The notes under the pieces: generated by a model | Told to the model about the DNA's origin: nothing | What the model saw: only the letters and a program-made list of their open reading frames with translations | The model's database searches: none | IMG/VR virus record: IMGVR_UViG_3300047157_000137 | Coordinates: 5,681-69,680 of that record | Origin: a virus | Direction: 5' to 3' (one strand) | DNA: 64,000 nt | Made by a program: the position numbers and the translations under genes | Shown: positions 18,079 to 25,600 of the stretch, one piece after another | How positions within the stretch are numbered: position 1 is the first letter of the stretch | Layout of the letters: the number at the start of each line of letters is the position of its first letter

Positions 18079-18307
18079 AATCTAAGTAATCTATTTTTTC
18101 GTGATCTTTTTCTATTAATGAAGCTATGTAATCCCATACTTCACGCTGTCTTTTAGTGTGATCTAACACACCTTGTAGTTGTTCTACTGTTATAAAAGGT
18201 GATATATCTTCTTTTATTTCTTGCTTTAACCTGCTAATGTCATTGTCTAGTGAGTAAATAGTAGCAAAAGCTTTGTCATGTGCTCTGTTTTGTATATCTT
18301 TTTCCAT
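18053..18307 (-). CDS. Hypothetical protein
   Basis: ORF in the early operon. Confidence 0.6.
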   Translation of the reverse strand: MEKDIQNRAHDKAFATIYSLDNDISRLKQEIKEDISPFITVEQLQGVLDHTKRQREVWDYIASLIEKDHEKIDYLDYEQQNTIT

Positions 18308-18308
18308 A

Positions 18309-18542
18309 TTATTTGTTAATTATAGAGTTACCATACATTATATCTTGAGCAGATAAATTGTAAGTTTTTATGTCACAGTATACTGATATATCAGATATTT
18401 GACTTACAGTTAAGTCATACCATGATGTTTCAGACATAAGTGCATACTTAAGTCTTTTAGCGCTAGAATATTTTCTAGCATTTGTTTGCAGTGACAACTT
18501 AAAACCTGGTTTTAGTCTGTCATAAATTGTTTTTAATCTCAT
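18309..18542 (-). CDS. Hypothetical protein
   Basis: ATG 6 nt after the class I motif. Confidence 0.65.
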   Translation of the reverse strand: MRLKTIYDRLKPGFKLSLQTNARKYSSAKRLKYALMSETSWYDLTVSQISDISVYCDIKTYNLSAQDIMYGNSIINK

Positions 18543-18548
18543 ATTTAT

Positions 18549-18579
18549 ATTATCCGTGTTAATTTGTATTTAGTTTGTA
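18549..18579 (-). promoter_or_regulatory. Class I promoter-like repeat
   Basis: TACAAACTAAATAC-N10-GGATAAT. Confidence 0.8.
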
Positions 18580-18797
18580 AGTTCGTGTGCTTCAAATCTT
18601 TGTCTTTCTTTGTCTATTATATCACCAATGTGATCTTGCATTGCTACAATATCCATCGCTAATAGTTGTAGTTCAGCTAAACCATTAACTTCATGAACAC
18701 TCATGTATTCATTTAAGTCATTGTTTTGAAGAGCGATAACACAGTCTTCTAAATCTCTTGCAGTATTTTCAAACCTGCAATAACTCATATTTGCCAT
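18570..18797 (-). CDS. Phage hypothetical protein (NMSYCRFENT motif)
   Basis: MANMSYCRFENTARDLEDC N-terminus. Confidence 0.65.
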   Translation of the reverse strand: MANMSYCRFENTARDLEDCVIALQNNDLNEYMSVHEVNGLAELQLLAMDIVAMQDHIGDIIDKERQRFEAHELTN

Positions 18798-18817
18798 ATT
18801 TAATTATTTAATGTTAG

Positions 18818-18914
18818 TGGAAGTGGGCGGAGTCGAACCGCCGTTATCTTAATCAGTTGTTTGCCATAAGCTATTCGGTGCGTTACTGTTTCAAGATCTT
18901 ACCTTATCACTCCC
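18818..18914 (-). ncRNA. tmRNA-like tRNA domain (alanine identity) without an internal mRNA-like domain
   Basis: GGGAGTG/CACTTCC-A acceptor stem with G3:U70; unpaired D loop ATAAGGTAAGA; helices TCTTGA/TTAAGA and CAGT/ACTG; T arm GGCGG-TTCGACT-CCGCC. Confidence 0.7.
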
Positions 18915-19169
18915 TTATGAGAGACACCAGTTGTGGACAGGTAGTTAACTAGTATTATCATTTATCCACACTTTCTGTTTTGACGCACCACGATCGAGCT
19001 AATGCCCCGGTAATCGCCTAACGTGACCTGTATGCCGCCGTCTCTCTGCCAGCTATTCACTTATGTGTAAGTTAGTGTGACGCAATATGTAATACACTTC
19101 CTGGTTCGGCACCACATACATATATTGTCTCCTATTTCTTACCTGTTAAGCTACTCGTCTGGCTACTTT
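18915..19169 (-). ncRNA. Structured non-coding RNA directly upstream of the tRNA-like domain
   Basis: ORF-free and GC-richer than its flanks; helices GAGAGAC/GTCTCTC, TGTGGATA/TGTCCACA, CACG/CGTG, CAATAT..GTA/TACATATTG, TGGT/ACCA. Confidence 0.6.
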
Positions 19170-19358
19170 TTACTTTCTACGCCAAGATCTGTGAACTCTG
19201 TCACTTAGTTCTTGACTTACTATTTGTACTTCTAGTACTTGTTTGTTTGCAATAATAGGAATATAACTATATTGCTTTGTTTCGCTACAGTTTACACAGG
19301 TTGAATAACCTAGTGCTAGTCTGCCTGCTGGTATTTTATTGTTACATTTACATTTCAT
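19170..19358 (-). CDS. DksA/TraR-like C4 zinc-finger protein
   Basis: CKC...IPAGRLALGYSTCVNC resembles the DksA/TraR finger (IPxxRL...CxxC). Confidence 0.6.
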   Translation of the reverse strand: MKCKCNNKIPAGRLALGYSTCVNCSETKQYSYIPIIANKQVLEVQIVSQELSDRVHRSWRRK

Positions 19359-19363
19359 ATTAT

Positions 19364-19394
19364 ATTATCCAATTATGTTTGTATTTAGTTTGTA
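19364..19394 (-). promoter_or_regulatory. Class I promoter-like repeat
   Basis: TACAAACTAAATAC-N10-GGATAAT; ATG 5 nt downstream. Confidence 0.8.
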
Positions 19395-19480
19395 AATTAT
19401 AACGTCTGTAATACTCTACTTCAAGCCTTTCAGCTTCATACTTAGTTATTTTAAGTAGTTTAACATGCTTATGTCTTCTT

Positions 19481-19690
19481 TTACTCTTCATACTCTTCTA
19501 ATCCTGTATGTAATTTTTCTATTGTAGCACACATAATCATGTGCATTAGTTGATTATATTCATCACCATTTAGCTTGTCGTGATCTAAATCTGATCCGTC
19601 AATAGCCCACTGAACAGAATCATATAATGTTTCTTTGATGTAAGAGACTTGAGCGTCTGCTATTTCATCTATAATTTTCATTTTACTCAT
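19481..19690 (-). CDS. Hypothetical acidic protein
   Basis: ORF in the early operon. Confidence 0.6.
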   Translation of the reverse strand: MSKMKIIDEIADAQVSYIKETLYDSVQWAIDGSDLDHDKLNGDEYNQLMHMIMCATIEKLHTGLEEYEE

Positions 19691-19947
19691 ACTTTATTTA
19701 TTAATTTTAGTTGATTTACAGTATATTTTTGCGTATACTCGCGCCAATAACCAGTGTAAACATGCTTTTTACGCTTACTATAGTTAGATTTTTGGTATAT
19801 TTTTACCTGTTTGTACTCGCGATCGGTAAATGGTTGGCAAGTACCGTGCACTTTGTTTAGCTCATAGTGTTGAAAACCACGTTTTTTACGCTTATTTGCA
19901 ACATATTGCTTTAGTTCTTGCATGTTACTACACATAGATTCTATCAT
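19687..19947 (-). CDS. Hypothetical basic protein
   Basis: ORF in the early operon; ATGA overlap with the next gene. Confidence 0.6.
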   Translation of the reverse strand: MIESMCSNMQELKQYVANKRKKRGFQHYELNKVHGTCQPFTDREYKQVKIYQKSNYSKRKKHVYTGYWREYTQKYTVNQLKLINKV

Positions 19948-20074
19948 TTATAGTATACCAGTTTAAGTAATCTGTGTATTCTGTGTTTTGATGTAGTCTA
20001 GTTAGAGCTTTGTAGCCATTATCTGTTTCGATAATAGCATTACCTGTTTCTTGATTGAATTTGATTTTTTTCAT
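19928..20074 (-). CDS. Hypothetical protein (48 aa, not in ORF track)
   Basis: MKKIKFNQETGNAIIETDNGYKALTRLHQ...; ATG 8 nt after the class I motif. Confidence 0.55.
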   Translation of the reverse strand: MKKIKFNQETGNAIIETDNGYKALTRLHQNTEYTDYLNWYTINDRIYV

Positions 20075-20082
20075 ATATAATT

Positions 20083-20113
20083 ATTATCCGTTAGTTATCG
20101 TATTTAGTTTGTA
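20083..20113 (-). promoter_or_regulatory. Class I promoter-like repeat
   Basis: TACAAACTAAATAC-N10-GGATAAT. Confidence 0.8.
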
Positions 20114-20533
20114 TTATAATTTACCATAAAAGTAGTTTTTTAAGTAATATTCTAACATAAATTTCATTCTAGCAAGTGAGACCATATTTGAGCTCTAGCT
20201 ATACCTATATAAATTAGTTTCTAAGTTTACCATTTTCAGTTAAAAACAGTAGTTCTTCTGTTCTGCTTGTATTGTTGGATTTAGTTGATATGGTGAGTAA
20301 GTGCCATTTTGTTTTCTTACATAACCAGACTTTGAAACACTGCTAATCTTAAATTACCTTTACTTTTGTAGTAAGTTTTGGGTGACAGTTGGAACAGGAA
20401 ATTCAAATTCTCTTGTACCATTTTTAGCTTGTCTTTGTGTTGTAACTTCTTTGATATTATACTCGACTAGTAGTCGTCTAGCGAACGCATTTTCAAGCGC
20501 TTCTTGTTCGAGTTGCCATTTAGTTTTACTCAT
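20114..20533 (-). pseudogene. Multiply frameshifted early gene (decay or read errors)
   Basis: Starts MSKTKWQLEQEALENAFARRLL; coding-like segments (KTYYKSKGNLRLAV, KSGYVRKQNGTYSPYQLNP, RMKFMLEYYLKNYFYGKL) lie in different frames. Confidence 0.5.
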
Positions 20534-20747
20534 TGTAATAAGGTTTAGTGTAATCTGTGTTAAAATTGATTGATTTAGCTACATTTTGTCGCCATTGCCA
20601 CTCGTTCTTGCGATACTCATAGCTTTGACACCATTTTTTGACAGCAGTAACTTGTGGTATTTCACCGTATTTTGCTTCATAGTCAAGACATTGTTGTAAC
20701 TTTGCTTTGATTTCTGAAGCGGGATAGTCTTTAAATTGTTTATTCAT
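20526..20747 (-). CDS. Hypothetical protein (start revised to MNKQFKD)
   Basis: ATG 6 nt after the class I motif. Confidence 0.6.
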   Translation of the reverse strand: MNKQFKDYPASEIKAKLQQCLDYEAKYGEIPQVTAVKKWCQSYEYRKNEWQWRQNVAKSINFNTDYTKPYYNE

Positions 20748-20753
20748 ATTATT

Positions 20754-20784
20754 ATTATCCATTAGTGTTCGTATTTAATTTGTA
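20754..20784 (-). promoter_or_regulatory. Class I promoter-like repeat
   Basis: TACAAATTAAATAC-N10-GGATAAT. Confidence 0.75.
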
Positions 20785-20940
20785 AACTACGTATATTATC
20801 GCTATAGTATTTATTATTGATAGTATTAGTGAAGTGTTATCAGTTATTGTATGGTGATACAACTCGTGATTATGAACAGCGTTGATCGCTTCTTCCATTT
20901 TTAACATAGTTTCTATTTCTTTCATTGTAAAAGTTTCCAT
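20755..20940 (-). CDS. Small protein with C-terminal TM helix
   Basis: SLIILSIINTIAIIYVVY-like hydrophobic stretch. Confidence 0.5.
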   Translation of the reverse strand: METFTMKEIETMLKMEEAINAVHNHELYHHTITDNTSLILSIINTIAIIYVVYKLNTNTNG

Positions 20941-21245
20941 ATTATATTGAATTAATTTTGTGAGTTAAAATTATGCCTTCTACGTCTGCTCTTGTTAGTT
21001 CATCACTCATTTGTCTGAGTATTGCCCAAGTGAGATCAATATCTTTAGCGTAATGTGTATTTAAAGTGTATATCATATTATTAAATTTTATTTATTAGTT
21101 TTGTTAAAGATTTTTTTAAAATGGTTTTAGTAATATTACCATTTAAGTATTGATTTAGTTCGGAAATAGTATTTTTTATTGAAATACTAGTGTTTACATT
21201 AAAGAAATATTCATTATTTTCCATTTTTATTTTATTTAAGATTAG

Positions 21246-21288
21246 TTGTCACAGTGTGAATCGAACACACTTGTATACCATAGTGACA
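21246..21288 (-). ncRNA. tRNA minihelix-like element (acceptor stem plus T arm only)
   Basis: TGTCAC/GTGACA-A stem, short linker, GTGTG-TTCGATT-CACAC T arm; followed by CTAA like the two other tRNA-like elements. Confidence 0.5.
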
Positions 21289-21362
21289 TTTTACTTGTTC
21301 GCATTTTTATACTTATAGCACGTGAGTGCAACATATATTACATTTTATATTTAATTAGTTAG

Positions 21363-21554
21363 TTATATTAATATAGTATCTAAATTTAATTCATCAGTTT
21401 CTATTGTATATTTAATATTATTATCATTTAGTATTTTGAGTGTATCATTAAAATCATAACATGTATTTTCATATAATATAAATTCTGATTTGTTTGATTC
21501 ATTGTAGTGAAGTTCATCATTCATTAGTAGTAATTGTAATTGTGTATAGTTCAT
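21363..21554 (-). CDS. Hypothetical acidic protein, first gene of the early arm
   Basis: Downstream of the outermost class I motif. Confidence 0.5.
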   Translation of the reverse strand: MNYTQLQLLLMNDELHYNESNKSEFILYENTCYDFNDTLKILNDNNIKYTIETDELNLDTILI

Positions 21555-21582
21555 ATTGTTATTATTTATTTGTTACATTTAT

Positions 21583-21613
21583 ATTATCCAAGTGAGTATG
21601 TATTATGTTTGTA
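21583..21613 (-). promoter_or_regulatory. Class I promoter-like repeat (outermost copy)
   Basis: TACAAACATAATAC-N10-GGATAAT. Confidence 0.7.
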
Positions 21614-21789
21614 GTGAATATGTGAAATGTAAATCAAATGTATATAAATAAAACAAAAACGTAAAACAAAATCAAATAAAATCTAAAAATGTAGGGGGCC
21701 CTAAGATCTAAAACGATTTTTTGTGGGAGAAATGGTGTTAGGAGAGGGGGGGGTATGCTACACTTCTATATAACCAATAACTTTTTTTA

Positions 21790-21834
21790 GTGACATAAGC
21801 CTATTAAGGTAGTATAGTAACAGGCTAGTGTCAC
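21790..21834. repeat. Inverted repeat GTGACATAAGCCT-N19-AGGCTAGTGTCAC
   Basis: 13-bp arms, 11/13 complementary; related to 14729..14772. Confidence 0.7.
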
Positions 21835-21863
21835 ACTATTAAAACATAGCTATACATATAAGA

Positions 21864-21891
21864 GTAAACCTTGCTAAAAATGTGTGATATT
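21864..21891 (+). promoter_or_regulatory. Class II promoter-like motif GTAA-N16-GTGATATT
   Basis: Upstream of the first gene of the plus-strand arm. Confidence 0.55.
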
Positions 21892-21953
21892 ACTAACCAT
21901 AGTGCGCTTCACAAAAAGCCCGCTTAAGAATAATGCAAAAATAAAAATAAAAA

Positions 21954-22616
21954 ATGGCAATAATCTACTCATACCCTACATTAACTCCCGAACTTGGTGA
22001 CAAAGTGCTTGGATCTAACATAATAGATTCAGCAGGAAACCCAGTAGTAGGTAATCCGACATGTCAATATACTCTGAAAGACGTAAAAACACTAGTTGAT
22101 CAGCAATATATCGAACAATTTTCCTCTTCCTCGGCTGTTGCATCACAAGCATCGGCAAATAACACAGCATATAGTATACGATTCGGCGCTCCAACAGGCA
22201 CGTCAGGTAGTAATGTACAATTATTACAAGGTGGAGGCACAGCTACAGCTGGTGACAAGGTATTATTTAACAAAACAGGTACATATCAAATAACTTTAAC
22301 GTATTCAGTGGGTGTTATAGCTGATGCAAATGCTGTACCATACTTAATATTTAGAACATTACAGGATAATACAACACAAGTTGGTCCAACTGTAGTATAT
22401 AATGAAAAATTTGAAGGTACATACAAACCAGTACCTCTTATTATACCGATAACGGTAAACATAACTAAAGTAAATACATACTTTAACTTCCAAATGGCAA
22501 GAAATGGTGTAGATGAAGGAGGTTTAGTTAAAAACTCTAACCCTATTAATGCTGCTATACTTCCTACAGCAACGGCTCCTTCAATAGCAACCATACAAAT
22601 TTCTAAACTAATATAA
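21954..22616 (+). CDS. Virion/tail fibre-associated protein with C-terminal beta-sandwich (BclA/C1q-like)
   Basis: N-terminus MAIIYSYPT shared with the next ORF; FNKTGTYQITLTYSV. Confidence 0.55.
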   Translation: MAIIYSYPTLTPELGDKVLGSNIIDSAGNPVVGNPTCQYTLKDVKTLVDQQYIEQFSSSSAVASQASANNTAYSIRFGAPTGTSGSNVQLLQGGGTATAGDKVLFNKTGTYQITLTYSVGVIADANAVPYLIFRTLQDNTTQVGPTVVYNEKFEGTYKPVPLIIPITVNITKVNTYFNFQMARNGVDEGGLVKNSNPINAAILPTATAPSIATIQISKLI

Positions 22617-22617
22617 A

Positions 22618-25600
22618 ATGGCAATAATATATTCATATCCCACCGTACAGCCTACAGCTGATGATTTAGTTTTAGGAACAGACGTTAATCAAGCGGATAA
22701 ACCGACAAAAAATTTCACAATACAAAGCATCGTAGACATTGTAGCTGGTGGAGCTGCAGGTTTAGGTGCTGTATTGAAAATAAGTAGCAATGCTCAAGAT
22801 TTAACTGACCCTTCTAACCCAGTTAATCAACCAATACAAAACCTTTCGTTTATAAACGGTACAGGTTCTGCTACATTTGGTTCTTTTACAGATGGAACCA
22901 TGACTATATCTTCCGGTACTGGTGTAAATTTTGTAAGTATACAATCAGTTGACTTTGCAGGTAACCTAACAGGTATTGTAAAGGTTGGTTCTTCAATAGC
23001 TGGTACTTCTGATGGTAATACAAGTAATAATGTTACAGCCGTAACTCAACCAACAGGTACAAATAACACAACAATTGCAACGACCGCATTTGTTCAACAA
23101 GAAATAACAGGTGAAGATTTAGATTTTAGAGGTGATTCTGGAAGTGTTATAGGTTCTGTAGATTTAAATTCAGAAACATTTGCTATAGTAGGTAAAACAG
23201 TAGGTGGAATTAAAAATATAAACACAGATACAACAGCGGGTGGAACATTGTTAAATTTATCTTTAGCTAATAGTGTAACTATAGCAGATGATTTAACAGT
23301 AACAGATAAGTTAACTGTAAATGGCACAACAGTATCGAACATTATTGAAGGTGGTTTACAAATTAATAACGCAGGTGGTGCTCATACTTTTAATGTTAAA
23401 GGTCAAACTAACGATAACTTAATAAATACAAACGTAGGAGCAACCGATGCTGATGACCAAGTTGCTATAGGTAAAAGTGCTGCTGACTCAGGTGTTAGAT
23501 TAGATGTTTCTGGTTTAATACAAGGTAGTACAATAAAATCTACAGGTCTTTTAACCGCTAATGCAGATTTATGGTTTAAAGATAAAATAGGTTTAGCTGG
23601 AGGAGCTAATCCAAATTATGGTTCTACTGGAAATGTATTAACATCCGGAGGTGCTAGTGGTGATTCTACATGGACAGACATAACAACATGGGGATTTGTT
23701 GAAAGTGTATCTGCTGGTAAAGGAATTCTTTTATCAGGTACTTCGGTAGATCCAGTTGTTAACATAGATTATGAAGGTGCAGATAATGCTATACTAGAAG
23801 CTGCAACTCAAAACACAATAGACGTAACTGCAGATTTTGTGTGGTTTAGTGATGCTAGTGTTGCTTCTGGAACAGTAAGTAAAACTTTAATACAAAACTT
23901 ACCTTTTATACCAGAAGTTAACGGTACACAATATACTTTACCTATGTTTGCAACTACAACAACATTAGGTGATTCAATAATAAAACAAAATGCAGGAGCA
24001 ACAGAGGCTACTATAACAGGTACTTTAGATATAACAAGTACAGGTACAGCTACTAAATTTATAGTAGATACAAATAAAGTAGATGCAGATTTTAGAGGTG
24101 TTGCTAGTCAAGCTAAAGCATTGGAAACTGCAGGAGATATTTCACCTGTTAACGATGTTATATCTTATCCAGCTACATCAGGTACTGTAAAAGCTCAATC
24201 AGGAACTGGAGTTGCTGTAGAATTTCAAGATGGTGCTGGAGAAAATAATAGTATAGTTTATCCAGTCGTAGGACAAGTGGTATCAGTTGCTTCAGGTACT
24301 GGTGTAATAACAGCTGGTACAACAGTTGCTTCTGTAAGTGGTAGTACTTTTACTTTAAGTGCAGCTACAACAACAGCTTTAGGCGCTGGAGCTACATTAA
24401 ATTTTGCTGCATCAACTTTAGATATTTATACATCAGGTGGTAATGTACGTATGCCTAGTTTTATACCTAGTACAGTTGCTACATCAAAATACTTAACTAA
24501 TTTACCAACACCTACATCATCTGCTATTACAGCTACAGATACAATATTATCTGGTATGGCTAAATTACAAGGACAGATAAGTGCTACAACAGGTTTAGCT
24601 TATGAAGGAACATGGGCTGCATCTACTACCGCAGTTGCAAATGGAGCGGTATCAGCAAGCACATCTCTTGTTATTACTACCGCTGATGCTAACCTTGTTA
24701 AAGGTACTGTGGTTGAAGGTACAGGTATAACAGGTACTGTAAGAATAGATGCTATAACAGGTACAGCAGTTACATTAGATACTGCAATTACAATAGCTAA
24801 TGGTATAACTTTAACAATGTCACCTCCAGGTGGTATTATTACAGGTGCCACAGCAGGTACGGCTGCTTCTTTAACTACAGCTTCTAATAAAGTTAATGGT
24901 CATTTTTATATATGTAATACTATTGGTAAAGCAGAACCTAACGCTGCCGTGCCTTGGTCAGCAGCCTCAACACCAAATGAGTGGGCTGTAGGTGACTGGG
25001 TTATATATGTAGCTAATGGTTCTACTACAGATGCTTGGCAAAAATTAGATATGACATCTGATATTACAGGTACAGGTGCTGCAGAAAAAGTAGCTTTATG
25101 GACAGGAACAAATACTTTAGGTACTGGTCTTATATCTGATAATGCAACTGTAGTTACTATAGGTGCAGGAGGAACAGGGAACTTTACAGTAGAAGGAGAA
25201 ACAACACTAGGTGGAGGCGCAACTAATAATACATTGGTTAGTGGTGATTTAAAAGTTAATAAAGAATTAAACTTAGTTGAAGGTTTAGGTTTATGGGGTG
25301 GTTCTGCTTTTAGTTATGGTGATGGAACAAAAGTATTAACATCAAGCGGTGCTGCAGGAACCCCACCTACTTGGGAAACACCTACTACAGGTACAGTAAC
25401 AGAAGTAGATAGTGGTGATGGTTTAATAACAAACCCTGCTACAGGAATTATAACAACTGGTAGTATAGCTATAGATTATGCAGGTACTGACAATGCTATA
25501 TTAACAGCAACAGCTGCAACAGAACCTATATTAACAACAGATCAAATATGGTTTAATGATATTGCAACACTAGCACCATCAACTATTAATCAAATTAAAA

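Larger units (their letters stand above)
21614..21953. other. Divergent intergenic region; candidate origin or genome-end region
   Basis: Non-coding, strand switch point; A-rich tract, G runs, 45-bp inverted repeat and class II motif. Confidence 0.45.

Noticed and set aside
18818-19101. One-piece 284-nt tmRNA starting at GGAAGTG (19101)
   Set aside because: This pairing gives A3-U70 and no tmRNA-like D loop or P2; GGGAGTG at 18914 gives G3:U70 with both. It could still be an alternative fold
18915-19169. RNase P RNA, group I intron or small self-cleaving ribozyme
   Set aside because: Only short fragments (GGAAG, AAACAGAA) resemble such RNAs; I could not build the conserved cores by eye
17039-21613. 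CRISPR array or mini-array
   Set aside because: Repeats are hundreds of bases apart, have a variable internal spacer and precede genes; no cas genes
21693-21753. G-quadruplex or phase-variable poly-G tract
   Set aside because: G runs are present but irregularly spaced and non-coding; no independent support for function
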